Below are positions 15,834 through 24,000 of a DNA stretch of 24,000 nt, one piece after another. This DNA is from an uncultured Actinomycetes bacterium (lineage in GTDB: Bacteria > Actinomycetota > Actinomycetes > S36-B12 > CAIYMF01). Both the position numbers and the translations under genes were made by a program. Within the stretch, counting starts at the first letter, position 1; each line of letters opens with the position of its first letter. The stretch lies in assembly GCA_963747335.1 (NCBI GenBank), contig CAVVEV010000012.1, positions 448,067 to 472,066 on the forward strand, read 5' to 3'. A model generated the notes under the pieces. That model had not been told where the DNA came from. It ran no database searches and was given only the letters and a program-made list of their open reading frames with translations.

Positions 15834-16016
15834 ATGTCGGGCAAGTTCGAGCTCTACACGGACACGGCGGGCAAGTTCCGGTTCCGGCTCAAGGCCAGCA
15901 ACGGCCAGACCATCGCCGCCAGCCAGGGCTACGCCTCCAAGAAGTCCGCCCTCGAGGGGATCGAGTCAGTGCGCAAGCACGCTCCCGATTCTCCGGTCGT
16001 CGAGGTTGACGAGTAG
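15834..16016 (+). CDS. YegP family (DUF1508) small protein
   Basis: The 60-aa MSGKFELYTDTAGKFRFRLKASNGQTIAASQGYASKKSALEGIESVRKHA sequence is the canonical single DUF1508 repeat. The RBS is GAAGGGGAGAGG. A possible -10, TACTCT, lies at 15794-15799. Confidence 0.85.
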   Translation: MSGKFELYTDTAGKFRFRLKASNGQTIAASQGYASKKSALEGIESVRKHAPDSPVVEVDE

Positions 16017-16053
16017 GCCCAGGGCCTGCGGCACTGTCGGCCCTCAGGGCGTC

Positions 16054-16069
16054 CTCAGGGCTCCCTGAG
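16054..16069 (+). terminator. short hairpin downstream of the yegP-like gene
   Basis: CTCAGGG-ct-CCCTGAG. This is weak: the loop is short and there is no U tract. Confidence 0.2.
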
Positions 16070-16131
16070 CCGTGGGCACCGCCGGTGGGTGGCCACCGGC
16101 CGGGTGCGTCCGCGGCCGCGCTGCGGATGGC

Positions 16132-17364
16132 ATGCTTTCCCCCGTGCGCGCAGGCAACGGTCCGGTCCTCGTCGTGGGTGTGGCGTGCATGCTCGTCGCA
16201 GCCTGTGGGGGCTCCCCCTCAGCCGCACCGAAGGGCTCCGCAACGGCGTCGAGCCCCGCGCCATCCCAATCCCGCACCGCATCGCCGTCGGCCAGTCCGC
16301 AGGTATCCGGGGACCCCGTCCTGGAGTGCGTGTCCGGACTCCCCGTGGATGTGCGCATCGGCCAGACCATGCTGGTCACGACCACCGACATCAGGCGGGT
16401 CCAGGAATGGCTCGACGACGGGCTGATCGCCGGGATCCTGTCCAACGGGCGCCTGACACCGGCCATGGCCGGTGCGCTCGACGAGGCGACCACCGGCAAC
16501 AAGTACGGCGCACTGCTGGCCGCTGACGAGGAGGGCGGCCAGGTCCAGCGCTACCGCGATGTGATCGGCCCGATTCCCTCCGCGCAGCAGCAGGCGGCCA
16601 CGATGTCCCCCGATGAGGTCCGCGCCATGTACGCCCGCCATGGGGAGGCACTGGCCGATTGGGGGGTCGACCTCGTGTTCGCCCCCGTCGTGGACGTCGG
16701 CAACGGCCCCGGCATCGGCTCGCGCGCCTACGCCGACGACCCGGAGGTCGTGACCGAGTACGGCATGGCCGCCGCCCGCGGGTACGCGGAGGCGGGGCTC
16801 CTGCCCGTGCTCAAGCACTTCCCCGGACACGGACGGGCCACAGGTGACACGCACGTCGAGGTCGCGGTCGGCCCCTCGATCGACGAGTTGCGGGCCAGGG
16901 ACCTCGACCCGTTCGCGACCATCCCCACGGAGGTCGACGTTGCGGTGATGGTCGGCCACACGACCATCCCGGGGTTCTCGAAGGCGCCGAGCAGCCAGTC
17001 CCGACGCGCCATCGAAGGGCTGCTGGTCGACGAGCTCGGATTCGACGGGCTGATCGTCAGCGATGCCCTGGGCATGGAGGCCTCGGGCGAGCCGACCCAG
17101 GGTGGAGCCCTGGTCGGGTTCGTCGCCGCGGGTGGCGACCTCGGCATCGTGGGACCTGGTGGCTCGGTGGAGGGCCGTCGTGCCCTGCGCAAGGCTCTCG
17201 ATGACGGGACCGTCCCTGAGCAGCGGCTCAATGACGCCGCTGCGGCGGTCCTGGCCGTCAAGGGGATCGATCCCTGCGGCCTCACCGACGCCCCCGCCCC
17301 CGAGGTCGAGGACGTCGCCGTCCCCAGTGACCCCGCGGTCATCAACCCCACCGACGAGCCGTGA
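16132..17364 (+). CDS. nagZ: GH3 beta-N-acetylhexosaminidase (NagZ-type) lipoprotein
   Basis: Signal peptide with lipobox LVAAC. KHFPGHGRATGDTHVE (the NagZ Asp-His motif) and GLIVSDALGME (nucleophile Asp region). Only the N-terminal GH3 domain is present, as in NagZ enzymes. Start taken as the ATG at 16132. Confidence 0.8.
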   Translation: MLSPVRAGNGPVLVVGVACMLVAACGGSPSAAPKGSATASSPAPSQSRTASPSASPQVSGDPVLECVSGLPVDVRIGQTMLVTTTDIRRVQEWLDDGLIAGILSNGRLTPAMAGALDEATTGNKYGALLAADEEGGQVQRYRDVIGPIPSAQQQAATMSPDEVRAMYARHGEALADWGVDLVFAPVVDVGNGPGIGSRAYADDPEVVTEYGMAAARGYAEAGLLPVLKHFPGHGRATGDTHVEVAVGPSIDELRARDLDPFATIPTEVDVAVMVGHTTIPGFSKAPSSQSRRAIEGLLVDELGFDGLIVSDALGMEASGEPTQGGALVGFVAAGGDLGIVGPGGSVEGRRALRKALDDGTVPEQRLNDAAAAVLAVKGIDPCGLTDAPAPEVEDVAVPSDPAVINPTDEP

Positions 17365-19034
17365 CTGGGCCTGTTCCCGGGTACCCTGCAGCGTCGGCGA
17401 GGCCGATCACCACGCGGCTGCGCAGCGCACGGCCCCGCCTCCTGCTCCGACGGCCGGTCCGCGGGGCGGTGGCACTCACGGCCGCCCTGCTGGGTGCCAC
17501 CCTGCTCCTGGGTGCGTGCACCGGGTCCGCCGCGCAGGAGGGTGCGGGGTCGCCACCGCCGAACGCCCCGTCCATCCCGACGGTGGAGGTGGAGGCATCA
17601 GCGTCCTCCCAGGTGCTGACCGGCAGCACCGCCACCGAGCTCTCCCTCCAGGCCAGCCAGGCCGTCTTCCGATCCTCCCCGGTCGTCGTCTCCGTGACCC
17701 AGGAAGCGCACCTGACCCACGCTGCCGAGCAGGCGACGGCGCTGTCGGTGCCGCTCCTCGTGCTCCCGCAGCCCCAGGAGGCGGGGAGATCAGCGGCTGA
17801 GGAGTCCGCCGACGCCAGCGCGTCCCCGGACTCCTCGGCCGGCGATGGCAGCTCGCCGTCGCCCGATCCGATCGCCCTGGAGCTCGCGAGGCTCGGGACG
17901 ACACACGTCCTGCACGTCGGTCCGTCCGCTGGCGAGATGCCCGGCGTCGAGGTGGTGACCGACCCCTCCGACCTGCCCGAGTTCGAGACCGGGCAGCCGC
18001 TGGACTCCGCGGCCGCCGTGACCGCGCCGGATGCGGCGACGGCGGGGTCCCGGGCCGCCCTGGCGACCCTCACGGCGGCGGGCGCGCAGACCCTCGAGCT
18101 CCAGGGCACGGATCCGCGGGTGGATCCGGACGACGTGGCAGCCGTGGCAGCGCGCGCCCCGAGGACAGCGATCGGGGTCGGTGCGGGCTTCGGTGACGAC
18201 GCCGTGTTCGGCCAGAGGATCGAGGCTGCGGCCACCGGGGTGCAGCTGCCCGGCGGTGGCCAGACCATCTTCGCCGACAAGCGGTACGTGGCTCTCTACG
18301 GCCATCCCCTTACCGGGGCGCTGGGCGTCCTGGGCGAGCAGGGGCCGAAGGCATCGGTGACCCGCGCCCGGCGGGTCGCGGCCGAGTACGAGGACCTTGC
18401 TCAGGAGAGCATCGTGCCCGCGTTCGAGATCATCGCCACCGTGGCAGCCGGCTCGGCGGGCAAGGACGGCGACTACTCGAGGGAGTGGGAGATCGAGGTC
18501 TTGCGGCCCCTGGTCGAGGCGGCTGCGAGAGCGGGCATCTACGTGGTCCTGGACCTCCAGTCGGGGCGCTCGGACTTCCTGTCGCAGGCGACCCTGTACG
18601 AGGAGCTCCTGCGCGAGCCGCACGTCGGCCTTGCCCTGGACCCGGAGTGGCGCCTGACCGGTGACCAGAAGCCCCTGCGCCAGATCGGCAGCGTCACTGC
18701 CGCGGAGATCAACGAGACGATGGACTGGCTCGCCGACCTGACCGACGAGTACGACCTGCCCCAGAAGATGGTCCTGCTGCACCAGTTCCGCGCCTCCATG
18801 ATCACCGATCGGGACGACCTCGACCTCGGTCACGACGAGCTGGCCGTGATCGTCCAGATGGACGGCGACGGCACCCTCGGGCAGAAGCTGGACACATGGC
18901 GAGCCCTGCGCGCCGGCGCCCCGAGGGCCCTGCGCTTCGGCTGGAAGAACTTCTACGACGAGGACGAGCCGACACCCAGTCCAGCCACGACGTTCGGGAT
19001 CGACCCCACGCCCTGGTGGGTCTCCTACCAGTAG
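17361..19034 (+). CDS. putative lipoprotein with an uncharacterised C-terminal domain (possibly glycoside-hydrolase-like)
   Basis: The GTG at 17361 overlaps the nagZ stop (GTGA). The signal peptide has an RR and lipobox LLGAC. There is a low-complexity Ala/Ser/Pro linker. The conserved-looking C-terminal roughly 280 aa contains VLDLQSGRSDF, LALDPEWR, LLHQF and WWVSYQ. I recognise no family with confidence. Confidence 0.65.
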   Translation: MTGPVPGYPAASARPITTRLRSARPRLLLRRPVRGAVALTAALLGATLLLGACTGSAAQEGAGSPPPNAPSIPTVEVEASASSQVLTGSTATELSLQASQAVFRSSPVVVSVTQEAHLTHAAEQATALSVPLLVLPQPQEAGRSAAEESADASASPDSSAGDGSSPSPDPIALELARLGTTHVLHVGPSAGEMPGVEVVTDPSDLPEFETGQPLDSAAAVTAPDAATAGSRAALATLTAAGAQTLELQGTDPRVDPDDVAAVAARAPRTAIGVGAGFGDDAVFGQRIEAAATGVQLPGGGQTIFADKRYVALYGHPLTGALGVLGEQGPKASVTRARRVAAEYEDLAQESIVPAFEIIATVAAGSAGKDGDYSREWEIEVLRPLVEAAARAGIYVVLDLQSGRSDFLSQATLYEELLREPHVGLALDPEWRLTGDQKPLRQIGSVTAAEINETMDWLADLTDEYDLPQKMVLLHQFRASMITDRDDLDLGHDELAVIVQMDGDGTLGQKLDTWRALRAGAPRALRFGWKNFYDEDEPTPSPATTFGIDPTPWWVSYQ

Positions 19035-19094
19035 GCCGCGCCCGCCCAGCCGCCAAGGGGTTTCGTCGGCGGTCCCTGCGGGCACAATGGACGC

Positions 19095-20351
19095 GTGTCC
19101 CTGCAGTCGCGCATCCCGCGGTTGGCGCAGCGCCGGTACCGCCTGACCTGGTGGCTCGTCACCCGGGTCTTCGTGCTGCTCATGTCCGTCGGGATGATGC
19201 TGCACCACGACTGGAAGCACATCTTCGACGACCTCAACGTCTACGCGGGCTGGGGCGAGGGACTGGCGCAGGGCCGCGTGCCCGCCGACGACCCGATGTG
19301 GCAGTACCCACCTCTGGCAGCGTTCGTGTTCGGCGGGATCGGCCTGATCGGCCCCCAGCCGTGGCTGTTCCTGCTGCTCTTCATCGCGGTGGACATCGCC
19401 ATCAGCGTGCTCCTGGCCCGCGACGCAGCCCGGCGCGGTCGCTGGGACGGCTACGCCGTCTGGCTGGCGGCACCACTGCTCCTCGGCCCGATCCTCTACG
19501 GCAGGTACGACTCCATCCCGACGCTGGCCGCGATGGCCGGCCTCCTGGCGCTGGCCGTGCCTGTGGCAGCCGGGGCGATCCTGGCCATCGGGGGCGGCCT
19601 GAAGGTCTGGCCCGCGCTGATGGCCCTGGCCCTGAGCCAGCGGGACTGGCTGCGCGGAGCCGCCGGTGCCGCCCTGGCCACCGCCGTCGTGATCGCCACC
19701 GCCGTCTGGGCGTTCCCGGGGGTCATCAGCAGCTTCCTCGGCAATGGCGAGGCCCGCGGGCTGCAGACCGAGTCCGTCGCCGCGCTCCCCTTCGTCTGGG
19801 GGCGGCTCTTCGTCGGCGACCAGGGGATCCCGGAGGCGTTCCGGTACGGATCCTCGGAGGTGGGCGTCCCGCTCGCTGACGCCATCGCGCCCTGGTTGAT
19901 CCCGATCACGGGGGTCGGCCTGCTGCTGCTGATCCTGGCGCGCGCCCTCGGCCGGCTGGACCATGCCCCGGTCGCCGACATCGCCTTCGTCGCGATCCTG
20001 TGGCTGATGGTCACCTCGCGCGTGCTCAGCCCCCAGTACAACGTGTGGCTCGTGGGAATGGCCGCCCTGGTCTGGGCAGCGGGCTCCCCGCGGATGCGCA
20101 CGGCCACGATCCCCGTGGCGATCACCGCGGTCGCGGCGCAGCTGCTCTACCCGTTCGCCTACATCGACATCGTCGACGGCGGCTTCATCGGGGTCACGAT
20201 CCAGACGGTGCGGATCGTGGCGCTGGTCGCCTCCATGGTCCTGGCCGTGCGCGCGCTGCTGCCCGACGAGCGGCTCGAGTCCGTCAGCGCCGGTGACCTC
20301 CCCGTCGACACCCGCTCGACCCGCACGGGGATTCGGACGCCCGGGGGGTGA
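19095..20351 (+). CDS. GT87 / DUF2029 family polyprenol-phosphate-sugar-dependent membrane glycosyltransferase (mannosyltransferase-like)
   Basis: 418-aa polytopic protein. The first loop, DDLNVYAGWGEGL...WQYPPLA, and GGLKVWPAL are typical of PimE/Rv2181-type GT-C enzymes. GTG start. Confidence 0.7.
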   Translation: MSLQSRIPRLAQRRYRLTWWLVTRVFVLLMSVGMMLHHDWKHIFDDLNVYAGWGEGLAQGRVPADDPMWQYPPLAAFVFGGIGLIGPQPWLFLLLFIAVDIAISVLLARDAARRGRWDGYAVWLAAPLLLGPILYGRYDSIPTLAAMAGLLALAVPVAAGAILAIGGGLKVWPALMALALSQRDWLRGAAGAALATAVVIATAVWAFPGVISSFLGNGEARGLQTESVAALPFVWGRLFVGDQGIPEAFRYGSSEVGVPLADAIAPWLIPITGVGLLLLILARALGRLDHAPVADIAFVAILWLMVTSRVLSPQYNVWLVGMAALVWAAGSPRMRTATIPVAITAVAAQLLYPFAYIDIVDGGFIGVTIQTVRIVALVASMVLAVRALLPDERLESVSAGDLPVDTRSTRTGIRTPGG

Positions 20352-20391
20352 GCACGTATCCTCCTGCCAGAACCCCACCCCGGAGGATCAC

Positions 20392-21255
20392 GTGAACCGC
20401 ACCCGCACGCTTGCCGCCCTCGCCGCGGCCGGACTGGCCCTGACAGCCTGCTCGCCCGCCGACGACACCGCGACCGAGCCCTCGGCGTCAGCCTCGGGGA
20501 TCACCTGCGACAAGGCGACCCTGGAGACCAAGACGCCGGGCAAGCTCGTGATCGCCACTGGCCAGCCGGCGTACGAGCCGTGGGTCAAGAACGACGCCCC
20601 GCAGTCAGGCGAGGGGTTCGAGGCCGCCGTGGCCTACGCCGCCGCCGAGGCGCTGGGCTTCGGGGAGGCCGACATCCAGTGGACCCGGACCACCTTCGAC
20701 GTGGCGATCGCCCCCGGGGCAAAGGACTTCGACTGGAACCTCCAGCAGTTCTCGATCACCGAGGACCGCGAGAAGGCTGTTGACTTCTCCTCGTCGTACT
20801 ACGACGTCAACCAGGCGGTCGTGTCCTACGCCGGCTCGGCGATCGCGGAGGCGACATCCGTGGCCGACCTCGCGTCTGCCAAGCTCGGCGCCGCGGTGGG
20901 CTCGACATCGCTGGACGCAGCGCAGCAGGTGGCCACCGATGAGGAGGTCGCGGTCTTCAACGACAACGCCGCCGCCGTCAGCGCGCTGAAGAACAAGCAG
21001 ATCGACGGGCTCGTCGTGGACCTTCCCACGGCCTTCTACCTGGTGGCCGCCGAGCTCGACGAGGGAGTCATCGTCGGCCAGCTCCCGGCCGCCGAGGGCG
21101 CCACGACCGACCAGTTCGGGATCCTGCTTCCCAACAACAGCGCACTGACCCAGTGCACCACCCGGGCCGTGGACCAGTTGCGTGCTGACGGGACCCTCGA
21201 TTCGCTCGAGGCGACCTGGCTGGGCTCGGACGCGGGCGCACCCACCCTCCAGTAG
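20392..21255 (+). CDS. polar amino-acid ABC transporter substrate-binding lipoprotein (family 3 SBP)
   Basis: The GTG at 20392 follows GGAGGA. Lipobox LALTAC. SBP_bac_3-like body (LVIATGQPAYEPW, DFDWNLQQFSIT, VDFSSSYY). Confidence 0.85.
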   Translation: MNRTRTLAALAAAGLALTACSPADDTATEPSASASGITCDKATLETKTPGKLVIATGQPAYEPWVKNDAPQSGEGFEAAVAYAAAEALGFGEADIQWTRTTFDVAIAPGAKDFDWNLQQFSITEDREKAVDFSSSYYDVNQAVVSYAGSAIAEATSVADLASAKLGAAVGSTSLDAAQQVATDEEVAVFNDNAAAVSALKNKQIDGLVVDLPTAFYLVAAELDEGVIVGQLPAAEGATTDQFGILLPNNSALTQCTTRAVDQLRADGTLDSLEATWLGSDAGAPTLQ

Positions 21256-21261
21256 CACTGG

Positions 21262-22125
21262 GTGAGCCAACGGGAGGGCGCACACAGCCCGAGCGACGAG
21301 GAGCTGCGCAGGCGGGCGGTGCGCGCGAGGCAGTCGCGTCGCCGCACGGCCATCGCTGCAGTCTCCAGCGTCGTGGTCATCGGGGCCCTCGTGGCCGTTG
21401 TGGTCACCTCCCCGGGCTGGGACGTCGTCCGGAGCACCTTCTTCGACCTGCAGTACGCGGTCGAGGTGTTGCCGGCGGTCTTCGCGGGGCTGCTGCTCAA
21501 CATCAGGCTCACCGTCGTGGCCACCGTCCTCATCGCGATCCTCGGCCTGGCGCTGGCACTGGCCCGCACGTCCAGGGCCCCTGCCCTGGCGCCGTTCCGG
21601 ATCCTCGCGACCGGGTACGTGGACCTGTTCCGCGGCGTTCCCACCCTGCTGGTGATCCTGCTCATCGGCTTCGGCGTTCCGGCTCTCGGGCTCGCAGGCG
21701 TGACCTCCTCGGTGGTGGTCCTGGGCACAGCCGCGATCGTGCTGACCTACTCGGCGTACGTGGCTGAGGTCCTGCGCAGCGGCATCCTGTCGGTGCACCC
21801 GAGCCAGAGCGCCGCGGCCCGGTCGCTCGGGCTCACCTCGGGCCAGGCGCTGCGGTACGTGGTCCTCCCCCAGGGCGTCCGTCGGGTCATCCCACCCCTG
21901 ATGAACGACTTCGTGTCCCTGCTCAAGGACACCGGCCTGATCTCCGTGCTGGGAGTGGTCGACGCGATCCGCGCCGCCCAGATCGAGTCGTCGCGATCCT
22001 TCAACTACACGCCCTACGTCGTCGCGGCGGTGCTGTTCCTGATCCTCACGATCCCCTTGACGCGGCTCACCGACCGGTTCATGCACCGCTCGATCCAGCG
22101 CCAGAACGCGCAGGTCTCCCCATGA
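21262..22125 (+). CDS. amino-acid ABC transporter permease (His/Glu/Gln/Arg/opine family)
   Basis: EAA-type loop SQSAAARSLGLTSGQALRYVVLPQGVRRVIPPLMNDFVSLLKDT and multiple TM segments. Confidence 0.85.
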   Translation: MSQREGAHSPSDEELRRRAVRARQSRRRTAIAAVSSVVVIGALVAVVVTSPGWDVVRSTFFDLQYAVEVLPAVFAGLLLNIRLTVVATVLIAILGLALALARTSRAPALAPFRILATGYVDLFRGVPTLLVILLIGFGVPALGLAGVTSSVVVLGTAAIVLTYSAYVAEVLRSGILSVHPSQSAAARSLGLTSGQALRYVVLPQGVRRVIPPLMNDFVSLLKDTGLISVLGVVDAIRAAQIESSRSFNYTPYVVAAVLFLILTIPLTRLTDRFMHRSIQRQNAQVSP

Positions 22126-22880
22126 CGGTCCTGCGTCCTCCCGTCCTGCACGTCGAGGGCGTTCACAAGTCGTTCGGCGCCGAACAGGTCCTCACAGGTG
22201 TCTCGTTGGAGGTGCCCGAGCACACGGTCACCGTCCTGATCGGGGCGTCCGGGTCGGGCAAGTCCACGCTCCTGCGCTGCATCAACCTGCTCACCTCCGT
22301 CGACGACGGGGTGATCCGCCTCGACGGGTGGGACATCACCGATCCCGAGGTGGACCCCGATGAGGTGCGTCGCAAGGTGGGGATGGTCTTCCAGTCGTTC
22401 AACCTGTTCCCGCACCTGACCGTCCTGGACAACATCACCCTCTCCCCGCGCAAGGTCCACAAGGTGGGCCGGGCGACGGCCGAGGCCGAGGGGCTGGCGC
22501 TCCTCGAGCGCTTCGGCCTGGCCGACAAGGCCACGCAGTACCCCGATCGGCTGTCGGGAGGCCAGCAGCAGCGCGTCGCGATCGTACGCTCGCTGGCCGT
22601 GTCGCCGCGGCTGATGCTGATGGACGAGGTGACCTCCGCCCTGGACCCGGTGCTGGTCAACGAGGTGCTGTCCACCGTGCGCGAGCTCAAGGCCGAGGGG
22701 ATGACCATGGTCATCGCCACCCACGAGATGGGGTTCGCCGAGCAGGTGGCCGACGAGGTGTGCTTCCTGTCGTCCGGCACGATCGTCGAGCGGGGTGCGC
22801 CTCAGGCGCTCCTGCACGACCCCCAGGACCAGCGCACCCAGGAGTTCCTGCGCCGGGTGCACGAGGCCGGGCGGCTCTAG
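22122..22880 (+). CDS. amino-acid ABC transporter ATP-binding protein (GlnQ-like)
   Basis: Walker A GASGSGKST, signature LSGGQQQRVAI, Walker B LMLMDE, H-loop THEM. The ATG overlaps the permease stop (ATGA). Confidence 0.9.
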   Translation: MTVLRPPVLHVEGVHKSFGAEQVLTGVSLEVPEHTVTVLIGASGSGKSTLLRCINLLTSVDDGVIRLDGWDITDPEVDPDEVRRKVGMVFQSFNLFPHLTVLDNITLSPRKVHKVGRATAEAEGLALLERFGLADKATQYPDRLSGGQQQRVAIVRSLAVSPRLMLMDEVTSALDPVLVNEVLSTVRELKAEGMTMVIATHEMGFAEQVADEVCFLSSGTIVERGAPQALLHDPQDQRTQEFLRRVHEAGRL

Positions 22881-23023
22881 CCGCCTTCCTGGTGGCCGGC
22901 CCCCGTGCGGGGTCGATGGCATGGCTGTTCCGCGCGACCCCGTGGGCGCGCTGCTGATCCTCCCGTCGGTGCACTCCCCGTTCCGATGGCTCTGATTCCG
23001 TTTCTTTTTGGATTTGGGGTCCC

Positions 23024-23058
23024 TGGGTGTTGACATCTGTTGGTCATTGGGTGTTCAC
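23024..23058 (+). promoter_or_regulatory. candidate promoter/operator of the DeoR-fruK operon: direct repeat TGGGTGTTGAC / TGGGTGTTCAC with an embedded TTGACA
   Basis: This is the lowest-GC stretch in the window (22980-23090). The repeats at 23024-23034 and 23048-23058 differ at 1 of 11 nt and start 24 bp apart. A -35-like TTGACA lies at 23030-23035. No convincing -10 was found. Confidence 0.3.
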
Positions 23059-23091
23059 TAGCACCACACGGACATAAACGGAGGCAAACGG

Positions 23092-23853
23092 GTGTATGCG
23101 GAAGAGCGCAAAGCGGCCATCGTGACCCGGGCGCGGGCTGAGGGCCGCGTGGAGGTTGCCGAGCTGGCGACTGCCCTGGACGTCACACCCGAAACCGTCC
23201 GTCGCGACCTCACGGCACTCGAGCGGGCAGGTCTCCTGCGCAGGGTCCATGGCGGCGCGATCGTGGTGGACCTGTTCGGGTTCGAGCCCGCGCTGGCCGT
23301 CCGCGAGACCGTCAACACCGAGGCCAAGGGCCGCATCGCGCAGGCCGCGCTGGCCCAGCTGCCCGAGGAGGGGGCCATCGCGCTGGACGCCGGGTCCTCC
23401 ACCTACCGGCTGGCCGAGCTCCTGCCCGCCGACCGCGCCCTGACGGTCGTGACCAACAGCCTGCCGATCGCCTCGCTGCTGGCCAACCGCAAGGAGCTGA
23501 CCGTCCACCTCGTCGGCGGCCGCGTTCGGGGCCGCACCCTGGCGACCGTCGACAACGCCGCCCTGACGTACCTGGCGTCGGTCTTCGTCGACGTGGCCTT
23601 CCTCGGCACCAACGGGTTCTCCATCGCTCGTGGACTGACCACGCCGGACAGCGCGGAGGCGGCCGTGAAGTCCGCGTTCGTCTCATCCGCGCGGCGCCGC
23701 GTGCTCCTGGCCGATCACAGCAAGTTCGACACCGCCCACTTCGCTCACGTCGCCGACCTGGCCGACATCGACGTGATCATCACTGACTCGGCCCTCTCCG
23801 ACGACGCCGTCTCCGAGATTGAGGCGGCTGGACCCAAGGTGGTGCGCGCATGA
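23092..23853 (+). CDS. DeoR family transcriptional regulator (fructose-operon repressor type)
   Basis: N-terminal wHTH (RVEVAELATALDVTPETVRRDLTALERAGLLRRVHGGA) plus a DeoR C-terminal sensor domain. It is followed by, and overlaps, a 1-phosphofructokinase gene. Confidence 0.85.
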   Translation: MYAEERKAAIVTRARAEGRVEVAELATALDVTPETVRRDLTALERAGLLRRVHGGAIVVDLFGFEPALAVRETVNTEAKGRIAQAALAQLPEEGAIALDAGSSTYRLAELLPADRALTVVTNSLPIASLLANRKELTVHLVGGRVRGRTLATVDNAALTYLASVFVDVAFLGTNGFSIARGLTTPDSAEAAVKSAFVSSARRRVLLADHSKFDTAHFAHVADLADIDVIITDSALSDDAVSEIEAAGPKVVRA

Positions 23854-24000
23854 TCGTCACAGTCACGTTCAACCCGAGCCTCGACCGCACGATGGCCTTC
23901 GCGGCGCTGGTGCGTGGGGAGGTCCAGCGCGCCGATTCCACGGTGGAGGACCCGGGCGGCAAGGGTGTGAACGTCACGCGCTTCCTGACCGCCCACGGCA
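23850..24000 (+). CDS. fruK: 1-phosphofructokinase (PfkB family), 5' part only, truncated by the window end
   Basis: The ATG at 23850 overlaps the DeoR stop (ATGA). The hand translation MIVTVTFNPSLDRT...DPGGKGVNVTRFL is the typical FruK N-terminus. It is absent from the ORF track because no stop codon lies in the window. Confidence 0.8.
   Translation, partial: MIVTVTFNPSLDRTMAFAALVRGEVQRADSTVEDPGGKGVNVTRFLTAHG

Noticed and set aside
17790-20378. 862-aa ORF on the minus strand spanning two plus-strand genes
   Set aside because: It is a shadow ORF typical of very GC-rich DNA. Its composition is Arg/Gly/Pro/Asp-rich and low-complexity, with no recognisable motifs. The plus-strand frames encode a lipoprotein with a lipobox and a GT87-like membrane protein. 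The same reasoning applies to other long antisense ORFs: 1812-3293(-), 3945-4862(-), 5767-6891(-), 11668-13533(-), 13488-14606(-), 20605-22086(-) and 22014-23036(-).

Overview
Very GC-rich, densely coding, actinobacterial-type chromosomal segment. GC was not computed, but codon third positions are almost all G/C and every real gene has a long antisense shadow ORF. I can support 23 protein-coding genes (one cut by the window end), two tRNAs and one long in-frame tandem repeat. I see no rRNA, CRISPR array, transposase, integrase, phage gene or recognisable defence system. Gene order: ROK/polyphosphate-glucokinase-like kinase (-); sulfate activation cysD and fused cysN-cysC (+); TauE/SafE exporter; a bacterial acyl-CoA-binding protein; tRNA-Ser(GCT) and tRNA-Arg(ACG); a CarH-like B12-binding module with no DNA-binding domain; a minus-strand operon of O-acetyltransferase, HAD hydrolase, GH1 beta-glucosidase and GPH sugar symporter; a YczE-like membrane protein; an RDD-domain membrane protein with about 30 proline-punctuated octad repeats; a sulfotransferase-like protein; a membrane GGDEF cyclase; a YegP/DUF1508 protein; a NagZ-type GH3 lipoprotein translationally coupled to a second lipoprotein of unknown function; a GT87/DUF2029 membrane glycosyltransferase; a polar amino-acid ABC transporter; and DeoR regulator plus 1-phosphofructokinase. 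No clear-cut new multi-gene system stands out. The features most worth a second look are the repeat-bearing RDD protein, the orphan CarH-like B12 sensor with an uncharacterised C-terminal domain, and a possible sulfation link between the PAPS-forming cysDNC and the sulfotransferase-like ORF next to envelope genes. All functional calls come from motif recognition by eye, and no database search was run.
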